Assembly (NCBI GenBank): GCA_031551405.1 | Contig: JAVBNQ010000002.1 | Location: 717 to 64,716, forward strand | Source: a bacterium | Lineage (GTDB): Bacteria > RUG730 | Length of the DNA: 64,000 nt | Reading direction: 5' to 3' | Part shown: positions 38,032-48,278 of the stretch, one piece after another | Layout: every line of letters begins with the position of its first letter | How positions within the stretch are numbered: position 1 is the stretch's first letter | Translations under genes and position numbers: made by a program | The notes under the pieces: model-generated | The model's input: only the letters and a program-made list of their open reading frames with translations | What the model was told of the DNA's origin: nothing | The model's database searches: none

Positions 38032-38265
38032 GTGTCAGTAAAGCTTAGATTAAAAAGAATAGGAAAGAAGAAACATCCTATTTACAGAATAGTTGCCATC
38101 GACAGCAGAGTAAGACGAGACGGGAAAGAAATCGAAAACTTAGGATTATACGATCCGCACAATGCAATCAACAATAAAATCAACATGGAATCAGTAAACG
38201 CTTGGCTTGGCAAAGGTGCTATTCCAACGGAAACAGTAAAAAATTTAATCGCAAAAAACAAATAA
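38032..38265 (+). CDS. rpsP: 30S ribosomal protein S16
   Basis: VKLRLKRIGKKKHPIYRIVAID..RDG..IE.LG.YDP. Confidence 0.97.
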   Translation: MSVKLRLKRIGKKKHPIYRIVAIDSRVRRDGKEIENLGLYDPHNAINNKINMESVNAWLGKGAIPTETVKNLIAKNK

Positions 38266-38295
38266 ATTTACGATAAATTAAGGATTTTATTTAAA

Positions 38296-38529
38296 ATGAT
38301 CAAAAAATTTTTGGAATACGTAGTCAAGTCTTTAGTCGATAATCCTGATCAAGTCGTAGTAAACGAGATTGAAAACGACAGCGAGTCAGTAATTGAGCTG
38401 AAAGTTGCGCCTGAAGACATCGGCAGAGTCATTGGTAAACAGGGGAAATGCATCCGTGCACTCAGGCTGCTAGCGTATTCGATGGCTCTAAAGCGTAATA
38501 AAAAAGTCACTGTTGAAGTTTTAGGATAA
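38296..38529 (+). CDS. khpA: KH-domain RNA-binding protein
   Basis: LVDNPD, DIGRVIGKQG; follows rpsP. Confidence 0.92.
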   Translation: MIKKFLEYVVKSLVDNPDQVVVNEIENDSESVIELKVAPEDIGRVIGKQGKCIRALRLLAYSMALKRNKKVTVEVLG

Positions 38530-38535
38530 TTTTTT

Positions 38536-39276
38536 GTGCAAATAAATATAATCACAATTTTTCCGGAACTATTTGAAAATTTTTTAAACACGAGCATTAT
38601 AAAAAAAGCGCAAGAAAAACAAAAAGTAAAATTTGAAATATATAATCTACGCGATTTCTGTACAGATAAAAACAAAATGACAGACGATGAACCGTACGGC
38701 GGCGGCCGCGGAATGGTGATGAAACCGGAGCCGATTTTTGCTGCCATTCGAAATATAAAACAAAATTTTTCACAAAAAGTCTATGTAATTTTGTTGACTC
38801 CACAAGGTAAAATATTAGATCAGAAAAAGATAAAAAATTTCGCAAAAAAAGCAGACTCAAAATTTAAAACGCTAATTCTTGTCTGTGGGAGATACGAAGG
38901 CTTTGATGAAAGGATAATGAGCATCGTCGATGAAGAAATATCAATCGGCAATTTCGTACTAAACGGTGGAGAAATTCCGGCCATGGTTTTGAGCGAAGCA
39001 ATAGTCCGACTGATTCCGGGAGTTTTGGGAAGTCAAGAATCTTTTGAAAATGATTCGTTTTATAACGGAAAATACCTAGATTATCCGCATTACACACGGC
39101 CGGCAGATTTCGAAGGAATGAAAGTTCCAAGCGTTTTACTCAATGGAAATCACAAGGAAATCGAAAAATGGAGACACGAAAAATCCATTTTAAATACTTA
39201 TAAAAAGCGACCTGATCTGCTCACAAAAAAACAGATTAAAGAAATTGAATCCAATAAGGAGTTAGTAAATGGATAG
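38536..39276 (+). CDS. trmD: tRNA (guanine37-N1)-methyltransferase
   Basis: [35 protein letters not shown]. Confidence 0.97.
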   Translation: MQINIITIFPELFENFLNTSIIKKAQEKQKVKFEIYNLRDFCTDKNKMTDDEPYGGGRGMVMKPEPIFAAIRNIKQNFSQKVYVILLTPQGKILDQKKIKNFAKKADSKFKTLILVCGRYEGFDERIMSIVDEEISIGNFVLNGGEIPAMVLSEAIVRLIPGVLGSQESFENDSFYNGKYLDYPHYTRPADFEGMKVPSVLLNGNHKEIEKWRHEKSILNTYKKRPDLLTKKQIKEIESNKELVNG

Positions 39277-39628
39277 TATTATTAAACAAGTAGAATCATC
39301 TTTTTTAAAAAAAGATTTGCCTCAATTTAAGGCTGGAGACAAAGTCAAAATTTCTCTAAAAGTAAAAGAGGGTGCAACTGAAAGAATTCAAATTTTTGAG
39401 GGAGACGTGATCGCAAAAAAAGGCGGCGGTCTCAATGAAAACATAACAGTTAGAAAAATTTCAAACGGCGTTGGAGTAGAAAAAATATTACCACTTCATT
39501 CTCCAAGCATAGAAAAAATTGAAGTTTTAAAGATCGGACGTGTAAGACGAGCAAAACTTTATTATGTTCGAGATAGAGTCGGAAAAGCAGCCAAAATTGC
39601 TGAAAAAATATCTACTTCAGAAAAATAA
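39269..39628 (+). CDS. rplS: 50S ribosomal protein L19
   Basis: [30 protein letters not shown]. Confidence 0.97.
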   Translation: MDSIIKQVESSFLKKDLPQFKAGDKVKISLKVKEGATERIQIFEGDVIAKKGGGLNENITVRKISNGVGVEKILPLHSPSIEKIEVLKIGRVRRAKLYYVRDRVGKAAKIAEKISTSEK

Positions 39629-39649
39629 TAATGATTTTTTCGTTCATCG

Positions 39650-40297
39650 ATGCAGCTCTTTTCTTACGATAAACAATTCCTAGAATCGAATGCAACAATC
39701 CTCGCCGGCGCTGATGAAGCCGGCAGAGGTTGTTTAGCTGGTCCGGTTGTAGCCGGCATTGTCGTATTCCCACCAAATTTTTCAAATCAAAACATTCTTT
39801 CCGAATTAAACGATTCAAAAAAATTATCAAAAACAACTCGCGAAAATCTGGCAAACTTAATTACTATAAATGCGTTGGCTTATGAAATTTCTTTTGTGAG
39901 CGAGCAAATTATAGACGAAATAAATATTCTGAACGCAACAAAATTAGCTATGCAAAACGCTGCGTCAAAAATTTTACAAAAATTACAAATCAATACATTA
40001 CTTATCGACGGAAATTTCAGATTGCAGCTGCCGAAAAATATTAAACAAAAAAGCATAATTCAAGGCGATTCAAAAAGCGCTGTGATTGCAGCAAGTTCGA
40101 TTTTGGCAAAAGTGGCTCGAGATGAATATATGAGCAAAATCGATAAAAATTTCCCGGATTACAAGTTTAAAGAGCACAAAGGCTATGGCACAAAAAAACA
40201 TTTGGACTTGCTAAAAACTTTCGGTCCGTGTGAAATTCACAGAAAAACGTTTTTCCCAGTCTCAAAATTTTTCGATAAACAACTCGAATTGATTTAA
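39650..40297 (+). CDS. rnhB: Ribonuclease HII
   Basis: DEAGRGCLAGPV, DSKKL, DG, AASSILAKV.RD, HKGYGT. Confidence 0.96.
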   Translation: MQLFSYDKQFLESNATILAGADEAGRGCLAGPVVAGIVVFPPNFSNQNILSELNDSKKLSKTTRENLANLITINALAYEISFVSEQIIDEINILNATKLAMQNAASKILQKLQINTLLIDGNFRLQLPKNIKQKSIIQGDSKSAVIAASSILAKVARDEYMSKIDKNFPDYKFKEHKGYGTKKHLDLLKTFGPCEIHRKTFFPVSKFFDKQLELI

Positions 40298-40314
40298 AAA
40301 AGCGACTCATAAAA

Positions 40315-41478
40315 ATGGAAAAAATAAAAGTACTTACAATTATTACTAAATTAGAGCTCGGCGGCGCGCAAAAAGTCGCGCTTTACATAGCGAATAATTT
40401 GGGCAATGAATTTGAATCGTATTTTATCTCAGGCGAAACGGCAATTCTAGATGATACAAAGACGCAAGATTACAAAAACATCAAAATTTTTTTCAATGTT
40501 CCAAGCTTGATTCGAAGTATTAATCCACTCAAAGATCTCTTGTGTTTTCTAAAACTTGTCAGCTTGATCAAAAAAATCAAACCTAAAGTAGTCCATACGC
40601 ATTCGTCAAAAGCCGGAATTATCGGACGTTTTGCCGCATTTTTTTGCAAAATCCCAGTTGTGATTCATACTTATCACGGCTTTGGATTCAATGATTTTCA
40701 ATCCTTTTTTGTAAAAAAAATTTATATTTTACTCGAAAAATTATCATCTTTAAAAGCCACAAAACTAGTTTTCGTATCAAATGTGAATCTCAAAAAAGCG
40801 CACAAAGAAAAAATCGGAAATACTAAACAATACGAAATAATCAGATGCGGAATTGACTTGAAAAAATATAGAAACACAATGATAAACGTTTTTGAAAAAA
40901 AACAAACTTTAGGAATACCGACAAATCTCAAAACAATCGGTATGATCGCGTGTTTTAAGCCTCAAAAAGCACCGCTCGATTTCATCGAAATTGCGAATAA
41001 ATTATTAGCAAAACGAAAAGATTTATTTTTCGTAATGCTCGGTGACGGAATTTTGCATCAAGAAATTGAAACAAAAATCCAAGAATATGGAATAAATAAC
41101 AACGTAAAATTGCTTGGCTGGCGAGACGATGTCAACGAAGTTTTACAGACTTTTGACGTTTTTGCGCTCACGTCACTTTGGGAAGGTCTTCCGATGGCAG
41201 TTCTCGAGGCAATGGCAACGGGAATTCCTGTTGTTGCGACTAGAATCGATGGAACTCAAGAAGTAATTCACGATAATGAAAATGGCTTTTTAATCAATTG
41301 TCACGACGTGGAAAATTTTGCAAAAAAAATAGAAATTTTGCTTGAGAATGAAGATTTGAAAATTAAATTCACGACGATTAGCCAAACTATATTGTCTCAA
41401 GAATTTGACGAAAAAAACGTGATCGAAACTACAAAAAAACTTTATAAAAATTGCCTGGAAAAATTTACAAAAAAATAA
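40315..41478 (+). CDS. GT4 family glycosyltransferase
   Basis: GGAQ, HTHSSKAG, HTYHG, SLWEGLPMAVLEAMA. Confidence 0.92.
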   Translation: MEKIKVLTIITKLELGGAQKVALYIANNLGNEFESYFISGETAILDDTKTQDYKNIKIFFNVPSLIRSINPLKDLLCFLKLVSLIKKIKPKVVHTHSSKAGIIGRFAAFFCKIPVVIHTYHGFGFNDFQSFFVKKIYILLEKLSSLKATKLVFVSNVNLKKAHKEKIGNTKQYEIIRCGIDLKKYRNTMINVFEKKQTLGIPTNLKTIGMIACFKPQKAPLDFIEIANKLLAKRKDLFFVMLGDGILHQEIETKIQEYGINNNVKLLGWRDDVNEVLQTFDVFALTSLWEGLPMAVLEAMATGIPVVATRIDGTQEVIHDNENGFLINCHDVENFAKKIEILLENEDLKIKFTTISQTILSQEFDEKNVIETTKKLYKNCLEKFTKK

Positions 41479-41578
41479 AACGCTCCTAACTAAGTTTTCG
41501 GCTATTCATCAAAAACAAAAAAATCCAAAAAAAATTAGATCTAAACTTTTTTGTAACTATATTTTTTAAAAAAATATA

Positions 41579-41615
41579 TTGACTTTTTTCAATAAAAAGC
41601 ATACCATTTTGATGC
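41579..41615 (+). promoter_or_regulatory. Promoter and putative Rrf2 operator
   Basis: TTGACT-17-TACCAT with GCAT-N9-ATGC dyad (41599-41615) over the -10. Confidence 0.55.
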
Positions 41616-41646
41616 GAATTAAATTCTTTTTGTAGAGAATAAAAAA

Positions 41647-42030
41647 ATGAAATTTATTAAAAAGCAGACGGATTATGCGTTTCAAGCACTAGTGTTTTTG
41701 GCGAAAAACAACAACTCTTGCAACGCAGAAAAAATCGCAAATGAACTCGAGTTGCCAAAACGGCTTCTCAAACGAATTTTGCAGATTTTGGCTACCGAAG
41801 GGCTCGTAAAATCCACGAAAGGAAGATTAGGCGGCTTTAAACTTAACGTCGAGCCAAAAAAAATTTCAATGGCTCAGGTCATCAAAATTTTTCAAGGCGA
41901 AATTGATTTAACTAATTGCCTCGTCGGGAAAAAAGCTTGTAAAAATATTGATGAATGTTTTGTTCGTCAAAAATTAAAAAAAATTTCAATAAAACTTGAG
42001 GAAGAACTAGAAAAAATTACGCTCAAGTAA
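41647..42030 (+). CDS. Rrf2 family transcriptional regulator (3-Cys)
   Basis: TDYA..AL, ILQ.L...GLV.S.KG..GGF.L, C-x6-C-x5-C. Confidence 0.92.
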   Translation: MKFIKKQTDYAFQALVFLAKNNNSCNAEKIANELELPKRLLKRILQILATEGLVKSTKGRLGGFKLNVEPKKISMAQVIKIFQGEIDLTNCLVGKKACKNIDECFVRQKLKKISIKLEEELEKITLK

Positions 42031-42046
42031 AAATAGGAGGCTATTT

Positions 42047-42541
42047 ATGATTAGCAAAAAAATGTTGGAAAAACTGAACTATCAAATTAACAGGGAAATT
42101 CATTCTGCGTATTTGTATTTATCAATGTCATCGTATGCGAATTTTCTTGGTCTCAAAGGCGTTGCGAATTGGTTCGATCACCAAGTCAAAGAAGAGTTGG
42201 AGCATGCGAGAAAATTTTATGATTATGTAAATGACCAAGGAGAACGAGTTATAACTTTGGCAATCGAAGCACCTCAGACAAAATTCAAGTCTATCTTGGA
42301 TTTATTCGAAAAAACGCTAGCTCACGAGAAGGAAGTCACCAAATTGCTTAACAATTTGATGGCTTTGGCAAAAACTGAAAAGGATTTCGCGACGGAAAGT
42401 TTTCTTCAATATTTCGTGAGCGAGCAAGTTGAAGAAGAGGCCAGTGTTAATGATATTTTGGCAAAATTAAAATTTATCGATGAGAAAAGTAGCGCAATTT
42501 TGATATTGGATGCGAACTTGGGAAAACGAGGCGAAAAATAA
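42047..42541 (+). CDS. ftnA: Non-heme ferritin
   Basis: QINRE..SAYLYLSM, EE..HA, HE..VT, FLQ.FV.EQVEEE. Confidence 0.93.
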   Translation: MISKKMLEKLNYQINREIHSAYLYLSMSSYANFLGLKGVANWFDHQVKEELEHARKFYDYVNDQGERVITLAIEAPQTKFKSILDLFEKTLAHEKEVTKLLNNLMALAKTEKDFATESFLQYFVSEQVEEEASVNDILAKLKFIDEKSSAILILDANLGKRGEK

Positions 42542-42572
42542 TAATTTTTTAAAATACAGAAAAGGAGGAGAA

Positions 42573-43151
42573 ATGTCAAAAAGTATTAAAGGAACTGAAA
42601 CCGAAAAAAACCTACTAAAAGCTTTTGCAGGGGAATCCCAAGCTAGAAATAGATATACTTATTTTGCAGGCGTAGCAAAAAACGAAGGGTACGAACAAAT
42701 CTCTGCAATATTTTTGGAAACTGCGGAAAATGAACGTGAACACGCAAAAATTTATTTCAAACATTTGGAAGGCGGGATGGTCGAGATTACTGCAACATAT
42801 CCGGCTGGCGCTATTGGAACTACGAAGGAAAATTTACTAGCTGCCGCAGCCGGCGAACATGAAGAGTGGACGAGTCTTTACAAACACTTTGGCGATGTAG
42901 CAAAAGCAGAAGGATTCGACGCAGCTGCCGATTCGTTTTACAAAGTTAGCGAAGTAGAAAAAAGACACGAGGAACGTTATAGAGAATTAATCAAAAATAT
43001 AGAAGACGGAACAGTCTTTAAGAAAAGCCAAGAAATAAAATGGAAATGCAGAAATTGCGGATTTTTGCATACCGGTAATAGCGCTCCGGATAGTTGTCCG
43101 GCTTGCAAACACGGCAAAAAATTCTTTGAGGTTTTTGCTGAAAAATACTAA
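42573..43151 (+). CDS. rbr: Rubrerythrin
   Basis: AFAGESQARNRY, E..HA, WKCRNCG..CPAC; start at the ATG after AGGAGG. Confidence 0.95.
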   Translation: MSKSIKGTETEKNLLKAFAGESQARNRYTYFAGVAKNEGYEQISAIFLETAENEREHAKIYFKHLEGGMVEITATYPAGAIGTTKENLLAAAAGEHEEWTSLYKHFGDVAKAEGFDAAADSFYKVSEVEKRHEERYRELIKNIEDGTVFKKSQEIKWKCRNCGFLHTGNSAPDSCPACKHGKKFFEVFAEKY

Positions 43152-43192
43152 CGATTGCTTTCTGTGAAATAAAAGAAAAAAGGAGGCGAAAA

Positions 43193-43537
43193 ATGCTTCA
43201 AGATTACATTAAAAAACAAGAATCAGAGGGAAAAGAAAAACACGTGCCTTTTATTGGGACGAGCGAATGTTCGACTTGCGGTGAAATCGCGGTCATTATT
43301 AAAGTCGGAAAAGAAATTTTTCATCCTAGCACGCCGGAACATTATATCGATTATATCGATCTTTTTGGTGTAACTAACGACGGAAAATTGATTCCCGTCA
43401 CAAAGTTCACTTTATCAAAAGAAAACACGATTCCTTTCGTTAAAACGCACATTAAAAAAGGTATTTTCAAAAAATTATTGGCCTTGTCATATTGCAACAT
43501 CCACGGATTGTGGGAAAGCGAAATCGAAATTAAATAA
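43193..43537 (+). CDS. Superoxide reductase (neelaredoxin-type)
   Basis: EKHVP, HP...H.I, CNIHGLW. Confidence 0.88.
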   Translation: MLQDYIKKQESEGKEKHVPFIGTSECSTCGEIAVIIKVGKEIFHPSTPEHYIDYIDLFGVTNDGKLIPVTKFTLSKENTIPFVKTHIKKGIFKKLLALSYCNIHGLWESEIEIK

Positions 43538-43562
43538 AAAAAATTTGAAGCGGGAGATAAAA

Positions 43563-43703
43563 ATGCAAAAATATCAATGCACTATTTGCGGTTATATTTA
43601 TGATCCAAAAGAAAATGGAAACGTGGCTTTTGAAGATTTGGCAGAAGACTGGGTTTGCCCGGAATGTGGAGTAGGAAAAGATCAATTCGAAGCTATCGAT
43701 TAG
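43563..43703 (+). CDS. Rubredoxin (46 aa, not in ORF track)
   Basis: [46 protein letters not shown]; GGGAG RBS. Confidence 0.95.
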   Translation: MQKYQCTICGYIYDPKENGNVAFEDLAEDWVCPECGVGKDQFEAID

Positions 43704-43708
43704 AAAAA

Positions 43709-44881
43709 ATGAAACCAAGAAAACTCGACGAAAACTTATTTTGGGTGGGGGCTATCGACTGGGATTTGCGAGACTTTCATGGCTACAAAACCCAACGAGG
43801 CTCCACCTATAATTCGTATCTTATACTTGATCAAAAAAAAATTTTAATCGACACAGTCAAAGCTTTTAAATTTGACGAGATGCTTTCTCGCATTTCCAGC
43901 CTCATAAATCCTGATGAGCTCGATTATATCGTAGTCAATCACGTCGAAATGGATCACTCCGGTTCTCTTCCAAAAATCATGTCTATTGCCAAAAACGCAA
44001 AAATCATCACAAACAGTTTTGCCATAAAAGGGCTCCTGAAACATTTTGACGAGGCAAAAACTTGGAATTTCGTTGAAGTAAAAACAAACGATATTTTTAA
44101 TATTGGCTCGCGAAATCTGCGTTTTTTCCAAATGCCGATGCTGCATTGGCCGGATTCTATGGCGACTTATTTAGAGGAAGACAAAATTTTGATGCCAAAT
44201 GACGCTTTTGGGCAGCATCTCGCTAGCTCAAGTCTTTTTGACAGTGAAGTCGACAAAGATATTTTGATGTACGAAGCAAAAAAATATTACGCGAACATAA
44301 TTTTGTGTTTTGACAGACAAGTCAAAAAAGCTCTTGAGGATTTTAAAAATCTCGAGATAAAAATGATTTGTCCGAGTCATGGTATGATTTGGCGGGATTT
44401 TATTGGCGAAATCGTCGACAAATATAAAACTTGGTCGCAAAATATTCCAGAAAAAAAATGTTTAATTATTTACGACACGATGTGGAATTCGACGGAAAAG
44501 ATAGCAAACGCTATTTATACGGCTTTTGAGGGAAAAAATATTAAAACTGTTCTGCAAAACTTAAAGACGAATCATATCTCAGATATAATCACCGAGCTTC
44601 TCGATGCGGAATACATCTGCGTAGGTTCCCCAACTCTCAACAACAACATTCTGCCTAGCCTAGCAAACTTCTTGACGTATTTAAAAGGTTTGGCGCCGAA
44701 GAACAAAAAATTCTTGGCTTTCGGGTCATACGGCTGGGGAGGACAAAGTATTGGAATTATTTCAAAATTCCTGGAAGAGTGCGGATTCGAAAAATTTTCA
44801 GACGACATAAAAATAAATTATATCCCGACCCAGATCGAGCTAGAAAACATCAAAGAAGCTGTTTCTTCCAACATTTCTTAA
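43709..44881 (+). CDS. fprA: Flavodiiron protein (FprA, class A)
   Basis: GSTYNSY, HVEMDHSG, HWPD, NDAFGQH, PSHG, flavodoxin domain FGSYGW; start after rubredoxin. Confidence 0.93.
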   Translation: MKPRKLDENLFWVGAIDWDLRDFHGYKTQRGSTYNSYLILDQKKILIDTVKAFKFDEMLSRISSLINPDELDYIVVNHVEMDHSGSLPKIMSIAKNAKIITNSFAIKGLLKHFDEAKTWNFVEVKTNDIFNIGSRNLRFFQMPMLHWPDSMATYLEEDKILMPNDAFGQHLASSSLFDSEVDKDILMYEAKKYYANIILCFDRQVKKALEDFKNLEIKMICPSHGMIWRDFIGEIVDKYKTWSQNIPEKKCLIIYDTMWNSTEKIANAIYTAFEGKNIKTVLQNLKTNHISDIITELLDAEYICVGSPTLNNNILPSLANFLTYLKGLAPKNKKFLAFGSYGWGGQSIGIISKFLEECGFEKFSDDIKINYIPTQIELENIKEAVSSNIS

Positions 44882-44916
44882 ACTACAAGCCCTATCCGAA
44901 AAAAACCAAACAAAAA

Positions 44917-46077
44917 TTAAAACTTCAAGCCAAGAGAGACTACGTGATTTCTTTCAGGATGATCTCCCGGAAAGAGTCCGAGTTCATTCGTATAATAGGC
45001 ATAATCTAACTTTAAAGCCCAGAGATAAATTCCAACACCAAATGTTGGATATCCGGAATTGAATCCTCCTCGCAATGCAAAAAATTTACATGTGAACTCC
45101 GCGCCAAAATGCGTTTTTGTCAAAAACTCTGAATAATCCAAAATTTTTCTATCACCGTCTTCATCGGTTATATCTAAAAAATCAAGTCCAAAAGTTAGGC
45201 AAGGCAACAAACTGTAAGCGGCTCCAATATTCCATCTCTGAGTGATTATTCCTGTCCGTTCATCACGACCCGGCTGAACTTTTCCATCACTTTTTATTTT
45301 TGCGTCAACTTTATGATAATGAACTTTTGTCCCTCCAATATCTGTAATCGACATTCCCAGGCTTAATTTATCAGTCATTTTGTAGCTGGCTCCAAAATCA
45401 GCTCCAAATCCAAATCCTGGTTGCAAAACCGGCTCGTAACCATCCAAAGCCAAAACGCTCATACGATCTTCGAAAATAGATATTCTCCCTAAATATTTTG
45501 CATTAACTCCTGCTGAAAATTTGTCCGTAAATTTGTGAGCTAACAAAAACATACCCGCAATATCAACGCTTCCGTCGATATCAATTGTCGGAACTAAAAG
45601 CCCAGAGTTAATTCCAAATTTTACGTCCATTTGATCAAAAATACCAAAACCTAAATAAGTATTTCCAATCGGAGGAGCCACTACACAAAAATTTGGAAAA
45701 GACGCAATAACCCTGTTATTATAAGCAGATATTTTATTCGTGATATCATTTAAAAGTTTATTTTTTTTTGAATTATCAAGTTTATCAAATTTTTCTAAAT
45801 CATTTCGATTATCTTGAAACCAATCTATAAAATCCAAAGAATCCTGACTGATTCCAGCTTTCAGGTCAAACACTGTAATTAACCCTGTTTTTCTTGACGT
45901 AATTGAACTTGGATTGTAAAAAAAAGCATTTTGGTCTCCAGGCATAGCGAGTCTTGCGCCGCCAGTCGCCAAAGCGTTTATTCCTTTTATAAAAACCGGT
46001 TTTTCTTTCGAATATAAATTGCCAGTCGTCAAAATTATTAAAATAGAAAAAAATATAACAAAAATTTTATTTTTCAT
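44917..46077 (-). CDS. Outer-membrane beta-barrel protein (TraF-like/FadL-like superfamily)
   Basis: Signal peptide, ALATGGA..A, AFFYNPS, GFGADFG, LDYAYY, terminal Phe. Confidence 0.65.
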   Translation of the reverse strand: MKNKIFVIFFSILIILTTGNLYSKEKPVFIKGINALATGGARLAMPGDQNAFFYNPSSITSRKTGLITVFDLKAGISQDSLDFIDWFQDNRNDLEKFDKLDNSKKNKLLNDITNKISAYNNRVIASFPNFCVVAPPIGNTYLGFGIFDQMDVKFGINSGLLVPTIDIDGSVDIAGMFLLAHKFTDKFSAGVNAKYLGRISIFEDRMSVLALDGYEPVLQPGFGFGADFGASYKMTDKLSLGMSITDIGGTKVHYHKVDAKIKSDGKVQPGRDERTGIITQRWNIGAAYSLLPCLTFGLDFLDITDEDGDRKILDYSEFLTKTHFGAEFTCKFFALRGGFNSGYPTFGVGIYLWALKLDYAYYTNELGLFPGDHPERNHVVSLGLKF

Positions 46078-46097
46078 AATTTTTTAATTTTCTCCCT

Positions 46098-46991
46098 TTA
46101 GTTTTTTAGAGCAAACCATAAAGATTTCAAATCATACTCATCCGCTTGTTTATTTGAATTTTGAAAGAAATTTTCGACTAAATCTCTGGTTTCATTAATA
46201 GCGTCTTTATTAGGCAAATCATCTGAGTTACACGCAGTCTCCAAATAATTCAAAGCTCCTTTTTCTGAAGTATCCCCGGAGAACCCTGGTCCTAAAATAG
46301 CGGCAGCTTTATTTCCGCCAATAATATCAACGATTGCTTGCTCGACTTGAGCCAATATAGCAGTTTTTTCTCCATCAGTTAATTGGTTGATATCTTTATT
46401 TAAAGTTATATTGTATTTATCATCAATATTTACAAGATCATTTGGGCCATTCATTTGTCCGTCTCTATCTGTATCAAGAAGTCCGAGAGCCGCATTTATA
46501 ACCAAAGCCACGCCTAAATTTGCATTAACATCCAAATCATTACTTTTGATCGATCCATCAGCATGACCGGATGCAATTTGCTCTAGCGCGTCAATCATTG
46601 CTTGACTTGAACCATACATCCGCTGCAAGTCACTTAAATTCGGAATTAACGGCTCACCATGAGAAGTTGAGGTATTTAAAATATTTGTGACAATTGAATT
46701 AAAATCTAATCCGCTCTGCCCAGCCAAAGCTTGCGCTAGACCGTACAAAGCCAGAGAATTATTTGGATCTCTCTCCAAAATTTCTCGGTAGTATCTTTCC
46801 GCTTTTTTATAATCTTTATCTCTCAGAGCTCTGTCGCCATCGGCAAGTAAAGCGGCTGTGTCTTTATTGCTTCCTTTATTGTGCGTCCAACCAAAAATAT
46901 TCCCATTATCGCAACCCAAAATAATCAAAACTAAAAATAACAAAAAAATAAAGTAAAATATTTTTTTGAAGTTAAATTTGTCTAGCTTCAA
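46098..46991 (-). CDS. TPR-containing lipoprotein
   Basis: Lipobox ILGC; DYKKAERYYREILERDPNNSLALYGLA. Confidence 0.7.
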   Translation of the reverse strand: MKLDKFNFKKIFYFIFLLFLVLIILGCDNGNIFGWTHNKGSNKDTAALLADGDRALRDKDYKKAERYYREILERDPNNSLALYGLAQALAGQSGLDFNSIVTNILNTSTSHGEPLIPNLSDLQRMYGSSQAMIDALEQIASGHADGSIKSNDLDVNANLGVALVINAALGLLDTDRDGQMNGPNDLVNIDDKYNITLNKDINQLTDGEKTAILAQVEQAIVDIIGGNKAAAILGPGFSGDTSEKGALNYLETACNSDDLPNKDAINETRDLVENFFQNSNKQADEYDLKSLWFALKN

Positions 46992-47128
46992 TACTGGAAC
47001 CCTCCTCGGTAAATTAATTTTTAAAATAGTAAAATTGTACTAAAACCTATAAGTGATTGCAAACTTATTTTTGTAAGCTCTTATAAAAATTGATTTTTTT
47101 TCATAAAATCTCTGAAAACGATCTATTT

Positions 47129-48118
47129 TTAGTCTAAAAATTTTTGATTTTTATAGTACTCGAAAGTTTCAATTAGACCGTCTTTCAAGTCTGTTTTGGC
47201 TATAAATCCTAGCTCTTTTTCTGCTTTTTCTGACGAACAAACCCAAAAATTTGGTTCATTCATTTTGATTTTTTGTCTATTTAAAAGCACATTTTTTTTA
47301 AAAATTTTTGAGTAAATTTCACCACAAGACGCAAAAATATTTAAACAAATTGCCGGAATATTAATTTCAAAAGCATTTTTCCCGACAATCTCACAAATTT
47401 GATCTTGCAAATTTTGCCAAGTGATTATTTCTGAATGCGATAGATTATAAGTTTGACCGACAGCATTTTCATTAAAAGCTGCGTTTACTATCCCTTCGAC
47501 GAGATCCCTCACAAAAATCAAGGAGATATATTTGCTTTTGTTGCCATAATACAGTTTCAAATTTTTGTTTATGAGACGGAAAAGGTTCAAAAAATCCACG
47601 TCTTTCGGGCCATAAACAGCGCTCGGACGAATAATCGTAACCGGAAAAAATTCCGAATACTCAAGCGTTATTTTTTCAGCCAAAAGCTTACTTTTTCCAT
47701 AAAATTCTATCGGTTTTGACTCGCAAATTTCACTGATCGGAAAATCTAACGATTCCGCCGGTCCGCAAGCAGCCAAAGACGAGATCAGAACAAAACGTTT
47801 CAAGTTCTTCGAATGATTTTTTATAATTTCAAGAAGATTTTTCGTCGGAATGAAATTGCCATTAACAAAATCATTTTCGCAAATTCCTTTTGTAACGCCG
47901 GCAATGTGAAAAACATAGTCAACGTTTTCAAAAATGTCAGAACAATTCACAAGGCTTTCCGAGCAGCAATAATCCACGCAATGATAAATAATACCGCAAG
48001 AATTATCCTTTGGAATTCTGACGAGACAATTCAAATTTGCGTCCGGGAATTTTTTTTGTAAATATTCAATTAAATTTTGACCTACAAATCCATTCGAACC
48101 GGTCACAACGATATTCAT
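47129..48118 (-). CDS. NAD-dependent epimerase/dehydratase
   Basis: VTGSNGFVG, HIAG, YGKSK, RPSAVYGP. Confidence 0.9.
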   Translation of the reverse strand: MNIVVTGSNGFVGQNLIEYLQKKFPDANLNCLVRIPKDNSCGIIYHCVDYCCSESLVNCSDIFENVDYVFHIAGVTKGICENDFVNGNFIPTKNLLEIIKNHSKNLKRFVLISSLAACGPAESLDFPISEICESKPIEFYGKSKLLAEKITLEYSEFFPVTIIRPSAVYGPKDVDFLNLFRLINKNLKLYYGNKSKYISLIFVRDLVEGIVNAAFNENAVGQTYNLSHSEIITWQNLQDQICEIVGKNAFEINIPAICLNIFASCGEIYSKIFKKNVLLNRQKIKMNEPNFWVCSSEKAEKELGFIAKTDLKDGLIETFEYYKNQKFLD

Positions 48119-48278
48119 CTATATTTCTCCGAAAAAATAAATTTATGCACAAAATCGAGTCTGTAATTTAAAACATGAAAATTACGCATCTAATTCTAAA
48201 AAAACTTGAGGGTAAAAGAATATAAAAAAACAAAAAAACAATTACACGAATAGACTCCGAAAACTATTGTAAAAATTT

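Noticed and set aside
44917-46077. TraF-like barrel as sign of a conjugative element
   Set aside because: No relaxase, VirB4 or coupling protein nearby
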